Positions 13,526-27,600 of a stretch of 64,000 bases of DNA are shown here, one piece after another (the first letter of the stretch is position 1; each line of letters opens with the position of its first letter). The notes beneath the pieces were generated by a model. It did no database searches. It saw nothing but the letters and a program-made list of their open reading frames with translations, and was not told where the DNA came from. The position numbers and the translations under genes are program-made. Source of the stretch: Nageia nagi. Taxonomy: Eukaryota > Plantae > Pinophyta. The stretch spans positions 67,766,001 through 67,830,000 of the forward strand of contig JBITNC010000001.1 in assembly GCA_050084985.1 (NCBI GenBank), read 5' to 3'.

Positions 13526-14054
13526 ATGATACGATCTAACAGATGTCATGTCATTCTTATGAATATACTTGAAAATGAAAATCCTAAAAAACTTTGATGA
13601 AGAAGTAAGAGTGTAAGGTATTGATACTGTTCTTCAAGATCTCAAAAATATAGTCATTCAATACCAACAAATTATTCCTCCTGACGTACACTACGATGGT
13701 GATTTTGAAGACAACGAGTACTTTGATAGTGCTCCATTTCCTAGTGAAGAATACGAGCCTGAGGAGATTGTAGAAAATTCAATTAAGGAATACACACCAG
13801 CACCACAGCCACCTAAGATCATCATCATCAATGATAGTGATGAGTATACTCTAGTAGTTGCACCAGTTGATCAAAGTTTTAATCTCAATATTCCAGCCTT
13901 TGAGTCAGATTCAAGATTCTGGATATCTTCAGCTGCACCAGTTGAAGAAAGAGAAAGAGATAACTTTGATCCTGATTATATCCATCCACCAATGGTCATT
14001 GAGCAACATATTCATGAATGCATCGATCGCATGTGGATCGATTTAGACTTGTAA
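13526..14054 (+). pseudogene. Extra ORF upstream of gag in Copia-A (~175 aa, acidic/Pro-rich, unknown function); one +1 frameshift and one stop
   Basis: 145 consecutive sense codons at 13617-14051 (GIDTVLQDLKNIVIQYQQIIPPDVHYDGDFEDNEYFDSAPFPSEEYEPEE...ECIDRMWIDLDL*). They join ATG 13526 if one A is removed from the A6 run at 13586-13591 and TAA 13614 is read as CAA. Not in the supplied ORF track. Confidence 0.65.
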
Positions 14055-14173
14055 ATTTCTATATTTGACATCATCTTGCTCTATTTTGCCTTGTTTGAGC
14101 AAAGATTGTTTATATTTCAAATATAGTAAATTATCTACTTCTTTTGTGACTTTGCAACTTTTCATCTTACAAA

Positions 14174-17100
14174 ATGCATTCCTTAGTAAGCATTATTGGG
14201 GTTGTTTTGACTGGTCAAAACAATTGGTCAGAATGGTATAAGAAGATAAAAAATACGCTCATCTTCAATGATTTTTGGGAAGGTATATGCGATGGAAAAA
14301 CCAAACCCATCAAACCAACTGATGACAAAGAGCTCGTGGTTTGGAACATGAAGAATTGCAAAGCGTATGCTCTAATAGTTGCTTCTATATCTGAAGAAGT
14401 CAATCAACATATCAATTCAATTGATGATGCTTGGAGTGCACTGGAAAAGTTAAAAGAGTTGAATGACTCTCATTCAGCATTGGAACTCATCCAACTTCAG
14501 TTAAAGCTCTTCAATTTGCAGTTGCAGAATAATGATCCCATAGCACTTATTTTAGAAATTAGTGCAATAATATATGATATCGAGGCTACAGGTGTTGAAA
14601 TTGATATTTCTCTTGCAGCCTTGATCAAAGCTCTCTATCCCACATACTCAACTTATCTTGAATCACTTCAAGTGAGTGGACAATTAGCCACCCTCACCTT
14701 CAAAACTTTGTCAGAAAAGATTGCAGAGCATGAAAAAGCTTTTGGAAAGAAGACCAATGATGCTTCAAATATTGTTTACAATGCTCAATCAGAGAAGAAT
14801 GATGCTTCTTATGCAGATAGTAGCAATAGAGGTCATGGTCAAAAACATTTCAGAGGCAGAGGAGGTAGAAATCAAGGAGGTCATGGAGATAAAAGGGAGA
14901 AGTCAAATTTATATTGCACTCGATGCGATAGAAAAGGCCATGAAGCTGCTACATGTCACATTCCATGGAAGAAAATTGTTGAAAAGAAAGAGCAACAAGG
15001 TGATCAGAGTAAGAACTTTGCATCCGCTCATTTTGTTACAGCTAAATGTAACATTGGTCTTAGTGACCTAATGAATACTTCATATGCATCATGGGAAGAT
15101 GCATGGTTGCTTGATACGGGAGCAACATGTCATATGACTTTCAGGAGGGATTTCTTTGAAGAATTGAATGAAGATATTGATGGTGTAGTATACTTTGTAG
15201 ATTGATCAAAACTTAAGCCATCTGGAATTGGCTCAATCAAGCTTAAACTACCAAGATTTCTAAATTTTGTGCTTCAAAATGTACTTTATCTTCCAAAATT
15301 GAGGAGAAATTTGCTTTCCCTTGTTCTTGTTTGAAAACAAGGACATACCATCCATATGTTCGATGGCAAGGTGGAAATATGACAATCTCCTGACAATAAA
15401 GTTGTGATGCTTGGTTTGGAAGATGGAAAGCTATTGAAACTCACTGGTGCTTCTGTTCGATCGAAGGAATTTGCATTCCTTACACATCAAGAAAAAGGTA
15501 CACTTCCCTCAAGTCTTTTGTGGCATGCTAGATTTGGGCACCTTAATTTTGATGACCTACGTCTTTTAAAGAAATGAGGTTTTAGTGGTTTACCTACAAT
15601 ACCTAGGAACATTGCCCCTTGTGAAGCCTGTATCCTAGGAAAGCATCATAACCAACCGTTTATAAATTCCCAATGGAGAGCCACTAGAAAACTTGAACTA
15701 GTTCATTCCGATTTGTGTGGTCCATTTTCTGTACCTTCTGCAGTTGGTAATAGATATATTATGACATTCATTGATGATTATTCTAGGATGTCTTGGGTTT
15801 ATTTCTTAAAACATAAGTCTGAAGCTTTTTCCAAATTCAAAGACTTTCATGTAAGTATTGAAAATGAAACTCATACTCGTATAGGTATCCTTCGTTCAGA
15901 TAATGGGGGGGAATATACTTCAAATGAATTCAAATCTTACTTACACCAACATGGGATTAAACATCAGACTATTGTTCCCTATAACCCACAACAAAATGGG
16001 GTTGCTAAAAGATTGAATAGAACTCTATTGAACATGGCCCGTGCAATGATATTCTTCAAGAATGTCAAAATTATATTTTGGGGTGATGTAGTTTAATGTG
16101 CTATTTATTTGAGAAATAGATCTCCTTCTCATGCTCTCAAATATAAGACTCCATTTGAAATGTGGTTTGGTCGTATTCCTTCTGTATGTCATCTCAGGAT
16201 CTTTAGTTCCACCTGTTATGTGCTCATACCTAAGGAACAATGTAGCAAGCTTGAAGTTAGGAGTCGAAAGTGTATTTTCTTGGGCTATTCAGACACTACC
16301 AAGGGATACAAGCTTTATGATGAGGTAAATAAGAAGTTTCTCTTTGCAAGAGACGTTATCTTTCTTGAATTTTCCAAAAGTGACAATACTATTGAGCGGC
16401 AGATTGATCATCTTGATAAGTTTACCCATGGAAAGCATTATTTTGAAAAAGATTATGAAATTCCAAATCTTGAGGGGGAATTCCTATATTGGATCCAAAT
16501 TTGGAATTTTTACCATTTGTTCATGAAGAATAAGCACCAAGAGTACCTCCTCTACTAGGTTCTTCCAATTCATCGGTGTCAGTATCTAAGCGTCAGTTAG
16601 ATGAAGTAATTCAAGGAATTGGTCGATTAAGTCTTGATGGAAGTGAAGCTCCATCTTAGCTCAGTGATCAACTAGAATCATCTCAGAGAATTCCAATATG
16701 GGCCCAGAAAACACTTGAAAGTGTTCATCCTGATGAAATTGGAAAGACAGGAACTCGAAGTTCCTACCAGATAAGACAAGAAAGTGGAGCAGTAGAAGAT
16801 TCAGTTTTAGGTGATGAATATTCTTTTGATATGGAATTGAATTATTCTGCTAATTTTGAACCAACTTCTTTTAAAGAAGCTATTTCTCATGATGCTTGGA
16901 AAGAAGCTATGAAGAAAGAGTATGATGCTCTCATCAAGAATGGGACATGGAAGTTGGTAGATCCACAATATGGAATCAAACCTATTGGATGCAAGTGGGT
17001 TTACAAGAACAAGTATAAATCAGATGGCTCACTTGATAAAAACAAAGTGAGGCTTGTTGCAAAAGGTTTTGCATAAAGAGAAGGCATTGACTATGATGAG

Positions 17101-18396
17101 ACTTTTGCTCCTACAACTAAATGGGCTACCATTCGTACTTTATTGACAATGGCAGCTCAACATAAGTGGAAGGTTCATCAAATGGACGTAAAGATAGCTT
17201 TCCTGAATGGTGATCTAAAAGAGAATGTTTACATGACACAGCCTGAGGGATTTGCAGTTAAAGGTCAAGAGCATAAGGTATGCAAACTTATCAAGTCATT
17301 GTATGGATTAAAGCAAGCTCCTCATGCATGGTATGAAAAGCTTACTGAATATCTTTTAAAGTTAAAATTCAAGCACTACAACCTTGATGATGCAACTTTG
17401 TTTGTTAAGAAATTTGGCAACACTGTTGTATATCTAGTGGTGTATGTAGATGATCTATTGATTACAGGGAACAATGAGAGATATATAGCATCTGTGAAAC
17501 AAAAATTGAAGAAAAGATTTGAAATGACAGATATGGGCCTGCTTCACTACTACTTGGGTGTTGAAGTAAATCAAACACCAAGTTACATATTTATTTCCCA
17601 AAAGAAGTACATTGGAGAATTGTTGAATAAATTTAGTATAGAAGATTGCAATCCTCTCTCTACTCCAATGGAACAAAATTTGAAGTTGAAATCAGTTGAG
17701 GGAAATCAATTTGAGGATGCTACTAAATTCAGACAATTGATAGGAAGTCTCATTTATCGAAGCACAACTAGACCAGATATTTCATTCGTGGTTGGAATTC
17801 TTTCTCGATTTATGCACACACCTTGTGAAGGTCATTGGCTAGCAGCGAAGAGAGTTCTTCGATATTTGAAAGGAACTCAAGATTATGGGCTAAAATATTC
17901 CAAGGTTAGAGACTTCAAACTGGTTGGATATTCTAATTCAGACTTTGTTGGTGATAAGGAAAATGGAGTTTCAACTTCAGGATATCATATGAGTCTTGGA
18001 TCAGCCGCTATTTCTTGGAGATCACAAAAATAGACTGTTCCAGCAGATTCCACTACTGAGGTAGAATATGTGGCTGCAGCAGAAGCAACAAAAGAAATTG
18101 TGTGGCTCAGGAAAATACTAGAAGATTTGCAAGAGAAACAAGTGCTTCCAACTCCACTATTAATCGATAATACTTCTGCAATCAAATTGGCCAAGAATCC
18201 AAAGTTTCATGATCGAACAAAACATATCAATACAAAGTATCATTTGATTCGACATCATGTAGAGGCCAAGACAATTTGGGTGAAACATTGTTCCACTGAA
18301 GAATAAATCGCAGACATCTTCACCAAGGCGCTTGGAAGAGAAAAGTTCGAGAAATTTAGATCAATGCTTGGACTTACAAATACCCCTTTAGATTAA
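14174..18396 (+). pseudogene. Copia-A gag-pol polyprotein, interrupted
   Basis: Gag with CTRCDRKGHEAATC knuckle; protease WLLDTGATCHMT; integrase LVHSDLCGP, LRSDNGGEY, PQQNGVA; RT YVDDLL; RNase H KHINTKYH, IADIFTKAL. At least 8 in-frame stops and a frameshift near 16475. Confidence 0.95.
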
Positions 18397-18405
18397 GGGG
18401 GGGAA

Positions 18406-18658
18406 TGTTAAAAACCATAATCTTATTATGGTATTTGTAAATATTTAGAAATTAGACATGTGTCAATGACAAGTGTCATTTGAAGTTAGCTAGAGAAATT
18501 TTAGCTTAGTGCTTAGGCAGGTAAATTAGTTAGGATGAGGTGTATACTTAGTTGCACCATTTTAGGAGTTTGTTAGTTAACCACTTTTGTGGTCTATATA
18601 TTGTAAATTATTCTTGAGTTAATATAAGAATCTTGGAGTTTTATGATCCATCCTTGCA
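18406..18658 (+). repeat. Copia-A 3' LTR
   Basis: Preceded by the PPT AAGGGGGGGAA, followed by the TSD ATGTA. Confidence 0.97.
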
Positions 18659-21339
18659 ATGTAAGTGGAACATGTATAGGAATTATAAGATAGATTGCTC
18701 AACAACTATTTTGTAGTCAACTTCCATTTGCATGTGTAGAGCATTTTATAGTTCTTGTAGTTCCCAATGTCATTCAATGACCTTAGACTCAGATAAGGAA
18801 ATGTAGTAACAGGGTTGACTTTGATTTTTTTGTGAGAGGTTCACAAAGTTGTCACCTTTTCTCACATAGGGAATTAAATGTTACCATGGTGATATCATGT
18901 GTTTATGATGATTCATGTTCTCATCTTCATTATTATATTTTTAAGAGTTTATCATCACATATGTTTGGAAGGTGGTATTTTATGCCTCTCTTTTTCAAGT
19001 TATTCTTTGCTCTTGGTTGGTCTCTTCCATGGATAGCCATTTCATTTCACAACCAGGACAAAAAGGGGGCACCATATATCATCAACCTTTGATGATTGGA
19101 TGGTTCTACAACAAAAATAGGGAAGTATCAAATTTTTCTTCTCTTTCTTTTCAATTTCATTTGTAAACAAAATTATTATATCAATCTTATATCATGTTAT
19201 TGGTGTTTTCTTGTTCCTTTCTCATGCAATCTTATTACTTTATGTGCTAGGTGCCCACTATCAACGCTTGCCTTCCTAAAAGGAAATTAGAGGTTATCTC
19301 ATATATATAAGGGTAAGTATGATTATAGGGAAAGTTATCAAGATTTCAATCTCAATAGCTAGTACCACTTCAAAGTTTTGGTATTTATCAATGTCACCTA
19401 TTGAGATTGGGATCTTGTTATCACGAGCATATCTATTATTCCATATTCCACAATTATATATTTGACTTGACTTGTTGATCATTTGTTGTGCTTTAGATCT
19501 TGATTGTGAACTCCATTCCTTTGGATGCCTAGCATCCATGCTAGCATACGCATCGATGTTATCAATCAAGACCCAACATTTGTATTCCTATGGATGTTCA
19601 CATCATCGTTCCAATTTGTTGTGCTCTATGGGGATTCACATATCAAGGTCCCTATCTTTGACAATTATTGTTTGTATATAATATTCATCATCCAAGTAAG
19701 GTTTATAGTTATTTATCCTTCACTTATCCCAATCTTATTAGTGTGTTTGTTATCTTGATCCAATAGTCTAGATTTGTTATTTACGCTTTACATTTAGATT
19801 ATTATCTTTTGTTATTTGTTATTATTGATCCATGTTTATCTGAGTTAATAACAAGGTTGATACATTATCACATGTTAATGTTTTGATATAGTTATTACTT
19901 AATTCATACTAGGGGTCACTAAAAATATTCAACAACTACTCTTTCATGTCTTTTGGCTACATTCCAACATCTTTCATATTGGATAGGACTTTTGCCACTT
20001 TTGGGAATCCAACTTCTTATTTGTGGTTGAGCTCCTCTTTCTCTTTTTCATCTTCCTTTGGGCCAAATTCTTGAGGTAATGGATCTTTGCTTAGTTATGC
20101 ATCTAAATTTTCTCTTGCAATGGTCCTTTGCCTTCCGCATCATACCATGGAAGAAGCATAATGATCTTTGGTTCCATGATCTTGGGGTCTTCATTAGGGT
20201 TTGTAGGTTCCTTTGTTGGTGTTGGATCGGTCTACTTACTAACAAGACTTGACACCTCCTTTTTTTGATGGTCCTTACCCTTCTTACTTAGCTTTGAATA
20301 AGCTTTGTTGCTTGTTTGTTTCCCCTTCTTTCCAACTTTGTCTTTTCGAACATAAGTCTTCTTTCCTATCTCCACTAACAATACATAAGCCTTATGGGTC
20401 TCCTTTTGATTGGTCCTTTCTTGAACTTGGACCTTCCCTTTTTCCTTAGTTGTGGCTCTCTTTTCCAACATTTAGCTCTATCTTTCACTTGGCTACTCTT
20501 CCAACCATTTGCCTCCTACTTTTGAGTATTCCATTTTTCACCAATTTTTCCTTCTATGGCTCCTTATTTCCCTTTTTATCCCCTTCTAAGCTGCATTTTC
20601 AATTGTGCATTGATTGTCATCTCATACATCATTGCAATTAGACCTTGATGTCACAGAGCCTCAATTTTCCCTTCCTTTAACACCTTAACAAAATTTCTCA
20701 AGGAATCCAACAAGAAGAAAAGAAAATTGACCTTTCTTTCTCCTCCCTTTCTACAGTAATTCAACATAAGATTGTGTGGGATGAAGATAATAGTATAACT
20801 ATTATCCAATGTGAAGCATTTGATGACCCATGAAGCCATCATATCCCATAGTTTTGGTAGATACTCTCTAAGATAGCTTTTCTAAAGGTGATTAATGTTT
20901 TCCCTTCTTAAAGAAATGCATTGATTTCCTTCTAGGACACCTTTCTCTTCAACCATCTCCCTTCAAAGCTCATCCTTGAGACCTTCACAATAGCTTACAT
21001 GGAGAAATTAATCTCAATCAACCCCACTAAATATTTGTCTTCCTCCCATGCATTAACCACTTTGCGAGAAAAGACTTCATCATAGTCTTGGCATTGCTTC
21101 AAAAACTCAGATACATCTTCTCTTAATTTCCTCGAACATTCCTTGTCTCGCTTTGCCTCTTTGAAAATCCTAGGTTCTACTTTACATGCCATACCCATAT
21201 TTACTCTGGGCTTGCTTATGATAGAATGAGAAATACCACCTTTCTTGGGAAATATAGTCAATGGGTCTTGTCAAGGAGGGGATTACCTAAGAGAAGTACA
21301 ATCATGCAATATCTTCATTAAATTAACTTACACTTGTTA

Positions 21340-21650
21340 GAAAGAATCATGCCTTTTCTCCATCATTTGTGTGTATTCCATTAAGTATCGCAACCCATAT
21401 AAAGCAAGAGATCTTTGGAATTAATCCCTTAGTCCATACCTTGGCCCATACGATGGTCCACTTATTTTTCATGTTTGAATATAGTATGTTGTATCTTAGC
21501 TTGATCAAGTACTCTTTTTCTCCCTTCCAAAACCTATCCAAATGATAGAATCAAATTTTTTGTAGGATATAGTTTGTATCTTTCCAACAACCTCATAATC
21601 CTCTAGAGTTGCTCTTCCATTTCCAAATCAAGGTATAGGGAATGAATTGC
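21340..21650 (-). mobile_element. L1-type LINE fragment (zf-RVT region)
   Basis: WAKVWTKGLIPKISCFIWVAILNGIHTND resembles the plant L1 ORF2 zf-RVT motif (W..lW....pPKi..F.W....n.i.T.d). Confidence 0.65.
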
Positions 21651-24600
21651 TTTGGGATTCTCTATTTTTTTATAATATTGTTTTGTACTTAAGAACCATT
21701 TTTTCTTAATTTATTCTATAATTATGATTTAGTGTTGCATCTTTTGACCCAGAACCTATTAGATAATAAATATGAAAACATAATGAATTATAAATCTAGA
21801 TGGTAATTCCAACTAGATTACAGAATACAAAAAGAACATTTCCCCAATGCTCATTTAGTTCCTTTAAGTGATCCACTTTTATAGTGTTGTACTAGGATAA
21901 ATATCTATTAACATCCTTTTAAGCCCATTAATTTGTAGGACCTATCAAAGTTTGTCTAGAAATCAATATATCAATTAAGTATTTGAATGATTATTTCTAA
22001 TATAAAGAAAAACAAAAACCATGCACAAATATTCCAAGAAAAACAGGAATATTCCCAAGGCCAATTGACCACAATCACTCACCCAATGAAAACAGAAATC
22101 ATTAAAGTAAAATTCTAGAACCAGATCAAGCAAAAGATGATGATGTTTGTTAAAACCTCCAAATAATTAGCAATAAATCTAAAATTCATGACATTTGCTT
22201 CTAAAATTTTAGATAAAATACTCCATAATTGCTTCTTCCATCATTTTACCAAAACTAAATGATATTAAAACCTAGGAATGAATGTTTGACTCTCTTGCAT
22301 AACTTGCAATTGCATATAATGAAGTTAAGTTTATCCCTACCAATAAAAAGATAAATTAAACAGTTATTGATGGTTTGGATCCAATAGAAAGGCGGAAGGA
22401 TGTTGCTCTTTTTTTGACCAAACTCTTACATTGGTGTTCACGTTGCTCTTTCAACATTGAAGCAAGAAGCTTTTGATATTCAACTACCTCTTCCTTAGCC
22501 TTAGCAATTTATTTCTTCTTTATTATTCTTGCTTGCTTCCTTTGTAGTGTTAAGAATGTTACGAGTGTATGAGTCTTTGGAGCTTTGGTTCACTTTTTAC
22601 CTATCTTCGATTGAAAAAATTACAAAACTATCAAATGCCTATTTATTTTCCAATCCTGTAACATTGATAACTTTAAACATCTCAAAAAGATTGAAGGTAT
22701 CAAAGGCCACACTTAATGTCGTGAAAGGTATGAGGTTCGAGAACAAATAGAGGATGCGCTAGCAAGTTGTGGGAGCTCAAGAAGAAATCAAGAATTGTAA
22801 GTGTTACAAATAGTAGCATCTTTACAAGCATCTTTCAAACATACACCAAAAATGGTGGATTTACAATTAATTGAGTTTACATATATATCAAAGGCTCTTT
22901 TAAAATAGAAACTTTCTCAAATATTATGATTGTGAATGCTATATCAAACATGAATGCAAGTTTAAAGAATATGCAAATGATGCAAATATCGTTTTACAAA
23001 AAAGTAACATAGAGACAATTGCAAGTTATACAATGATAGTTGGATGTGAATAAAATAGATTTTTTGACAATACCATGAACATTTTTTTAACAAATGCAAT
23101 TGTCAAACTCTACAATCTTTGGTTGCATCCTTCCAAAAGATTAAATATGTCACCAAGTTGTAACAAAGACTTTCATGATACTTTGCAGCTATTTTGAACA
23201 TTCAAACTGGGCTAAGCAAAAGAATTGGGTCTTCTTTCACCATTAAAACCAAAAATAAAACAATCAAAAAATCAAGATAACTTAAAAGCTTCTCAAATTA
23301 CCCCTTTATCCTCATTAATAGGAGAAAACTATCATTAACAAAATACCCATTGATAAACTAATGAGGGGAATTAAGAAGAGGAATACAATATAATAAATAA
23401 TGAATATCAAGGTTTATACATAGTAAATATCATTTAATGTAGTAGCGAAGTAAATGCTCATAATGTACAAATAGAAACAAATGTTTTATTTAGATAGCCT
23501 GATAAAATTATTTTTATTGTGACTACAATGAGCACCGACCATACCTGCAAGGTCTGTGTCACTATTATATATTATATAGTGTCATTCACTCACTTTTGCA
23601 ACTTAGCTTTCTTCACCTTCAAACTTGTAAGATACCTTTCCTGGATCATATCAAGGGATGTGAGATTCGTACAATACCGAGTACAATCTTGTAATGTAGA
23701 AGAATCCATCAAAATGCAAAAAGCAACAAAAAAAATCAAAAACATGCTAACGGGCCAAGGACTTTAATTTAATAAAAGCATAAAAACCTACTCATTCTAT
23801 GCAGCTAAGAATACAAATTCAAAGAATAACGTCCTTTTCAACAAGAATACTAATTTGTTTCTCATTGAATAAAATGTATTTTCATGATTAACATTAGTGA
23901 ATACAAATGGAACTGTAGCCTAAGCTTAAACATATGAATCAGGAAATCTCGCAACCCTGCTTTTCTTAGCAGATAGTTGATAATCATTCCTAAAATCCAT
24001 ATAACCACCTTCTATAAAGGGATCCTCTTTCTACACTTAGAATTCATGTCATGAATTATGAGTATCTTGAATGCTTAACTCGGTTTGTGTGTATCTTTTT
24101 TTTGACTGCATAGATTTGACAGTATATATTTTTGGGTCAAAGCATCTGAATCATAAGTTACCATGTAAGCCAAAGCACTTCGGGCTGCCATTGTTGATAG
24201 ACCTCATTGGTTCGAGCACGCAACAAGCTATTGCAAGCCTGTAAAAATAGATTACTTGCGGAGATGAAGGCTTAGACTAAGTCACTGGAATCTAACCTGT
24301 CAATGTTATCACGGTTTCTCATGTTCCTTGTTTTGAGAACCTTTTGCATTGCATAGTGACATCTGAAAATAGAAAACACATCAGAACTACTATTCTGAAA
24401 CAGAAAAGAAATTTAATAGGGAATATTATGTTCAGCAATCGATTCTGTAAAAACTAAGAGTTAACCAAAATAAATTTTAACAGAAAAAAAATGTTTTTTA
24501 TAAGGCTAGTTATTATACATGCAAACCAACTACAGTTACCTATGGTAACCATTTCTACATTATCTGATTTGAAGGAAAAAAAAATGAGGCTAAAATTGTA

Positions 24601-27600
24601 TGCACATAGCCACAAAAATTGCATCCAAGTAGTTTTCTAATGTAATATTGCCTGCTAAACTTCATTATGATAATATGTTATCACCATACTGTGAATGTCT
24701 CACTTAGTATCAATATACATTTTCAGGTCCAGTCCATGTGTAACCTTTTTCTATGACTATTGCAATGGTTCTTGACATTTGCTTATTTATGTGACGCTTA
24801 TCCATTGTGATTAATAATCTTGGTTTATTTGACTTTGGGAATGCATAGCAAATTCCAACTTGGTTTATGAAATTCTGAATATCCAACTAGTAGCTAGGCA
24901 CTTTTCCATGCCTGAATGACAAAAATATAGAGCTTCATATGCTGTTGTCCCCTCATGTCCAGTAATAAGCACAATGAGTCAAAAGACTTCACCAGAGATC
25001 TTCATACAAGAAATAGAAAACCAGTATCTATACCCTGTTGGGCAGGTCTTCCATGCACTAGAATAGGAAAGAAATTTCTATAAACAAATGTGTGTAATGT
25101 AACTTGAGTTTCAAGGAAAAAAGATAATTTCGAAGTCGAATATTATAGAATGAGTATTCAGTACTTGAAACACATAATTCCTTCTATCTAGTACACTACA
25201 TTATGCAGCGCACTCTGAATTTGAGCATACGGCACTTTATAACAAATGCAAATTAAAGCAAGGTAAAGCACTTTCCACCAACATTGTGAATGCATGAACA
25301 CAGAATTAAAATATATTATAGCCTGGACCAGCGTAGACAAACAAGTGACAGATAAGTATTGACAGAATTAGCAGCTATATCTGCAATATGGGAATATGCA
25401 CATGCCATTATTTCATGATAATATAAACCAATATTCCAAAAACAAATTGAAAGTTTACTAAATCAGTACTGTTTTCATGTAATCACGGGGACATGCAAGA
25501 TCAATTTGAATGCGAAACCACACAGAAATTTGAGCACATGAATATTGAATATGCTTACCTCCACGGCATATGGTCAACAAACATGGACGGAGAAACCACA
25601 ATGTCCGTGAAACTTTCCCTACGTCTCAGAATTGCTCTGTGAGAGTGATCTTGACCACGAATCCACTTCCAATTTCTCCATGTAAACCATGTATTTGGCT
25701 TGGCTTCTGGAACAATCTGAATCACCAGGCCTGGAACGAACATCTCTACAGGCTCTCTTTCTGCAGTATCATATTCTAAATTTGCACCCATAGGTTGGGG
25801 TATTGAATTTCCACATATCGTATTCTCTGCAATTATCAATCCAGAAGAGTGGATACAAAACTCATTAGCATTAGTTTCTTTGTATGTAGCATCTTCTTGG
25901 TTGTTGCCAGGATCCTCTGCATCAGAATTCTGAATTACAATTGTACGCTCTTCAAAAGACACATGATCCCTTGATTCATCACCTGCATCCAATGCAGATG
26001 TCTCCTTATCCGAAATACGTTGCCTTCAATTCCCAGAACTTAGGGAACCCTCAATTTCAGAGGCGTCAACAATTACATCCCTATGCTTCCCATAATTTAG
26101 GAAATCCCCTTCAAATGATGCATGTAATTTACATTTAATATGATTTCTCACAGGATGAGTAGAACTATATTTTGGCATGTTTGCAACGCATGAAGTTGCA
26201 CAATAACAAAGGAAAATCCTCCTTTTATTGCGTACTTAATATGTTTCTGGCTGGGCTTGTGATTATTATCCCTTGAGATAATGGAGCTGGATTGAGATGC
26301 CTGAACACAAACATCTCCGCTTTCACCCTGAAGATACTTATTTGCATGTAAAAGGCATCTTGTGAGTTTAGATATCATAGCAGAGTCTGCAGAAGAATGT
26401 GCTGCAAGTGCTGCCGCTTGCAACTGAAGGATTGAATTTACTGAAAGCCTCGCCTAAAATTCATCATTGTAAATGATACTGCATGTAAAATGCAGTTAGT
26501 GTGCAGATTTGTGATACAGATATTTTTTGGAGCATCATAATCCAATAAAATGAAATGTAGACCAATGAATTACGAAATGGAAAGAATGAACAATGTGATA
26601 TGCAGCTTCAGATTTTTCATTGTGTATCCAATTAAGCTCAGCAATTAATTTCATTCACATTATATTGACCTCTGAATTACAAAACTACGTCAAAATTATT
26701 ATTTCTTTCTCCACATAACAAGATGCATATTCTTTTCTTAATTGATTATTTTTCAAGTTTCCATTGCTGAAGAATTGCATCTCTTGTGGAAATAATTGCA
26801 TCTCTTGCAGAAATCATCTTAACAGCATTGAACTATGCATATAACCCACCCTATAACATTTGGCAAAAGAGAGACATTTTACCTTGTCACAAATCCAGAG
26901 CATGCAACAGCCACAACTGCATCCACACAGGAAAGGACACCATATGAAAATGCATGCAAGCTTGGGTACCGTTTATACAACTGCGAAACATGAAGTCAAG
27001 ATATAATGAATACATTTATAACTTATACAGCTGCAGATCATGAATTCAAGATATAATAAATACATTTATAGTCTATACAAGTACAGCTCATTTAGACAAA
27101 ATGTATAATCTACACTTTTCTACATTAAAAAGAACTACATTTACCTGTTTCGGCTAAAGTGACGATGGATACATACCAAACATAGTAATTCAAGAATTTA
27201 CAAATGGCTCATGCTTTTAAAACAAGTAAATGGTAGTCAAGCCAACAAGGTTCAACCATGGACCTGGCTTCTTGTCAAGAGGGCCTAAGGCCTGTGGAAA
27301 ATGATTTCACAGGCTCTGTTAAGAATTGTTCCAGAAGACCTTGAACTATAGCATCCTTTATGGCAACAAGGGGTTTCCACCAAAATTGTCAAAATAGGAA
27401 GGCAAAAGCTTTGGGTAAACTCCATGCCACTATGATTAAAAGTCTCTATACAAATAGGTATTGATAGATCATATGACAATGCAAGCACCGTTATCTGCTT
27501 ACACAAGGTAACGAGAACATTAGCCTCAAGGCATATGGGACAGAAAAAAGTAGGGTAGTTGACCACCAACAAAGTGATGCAGCTACACGCTACTGATAAT

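Larger units (their letters stand above)
12353..18658 (+). mobile_element. Copia-A: full-length Ty1/copia LTR retrotransposon with decayed coding region
   Basis: 253-bp TG...CA LTRs at 12353-12605 and 18406-18658 (3 mismatches). TSD ATGTA at 12348-12352 and 18659-18663. PBS TGGTATCAGAGC; PPT at 18395-18405. Domain order gag-PR-INT-RT-RH. Confidence 0.98.

Noticed and set aside
18700-21280. Numerous 60-90-aa ORFs
   Set aside because: Low-complexity or decayed TE sequence with no recognisable domains.
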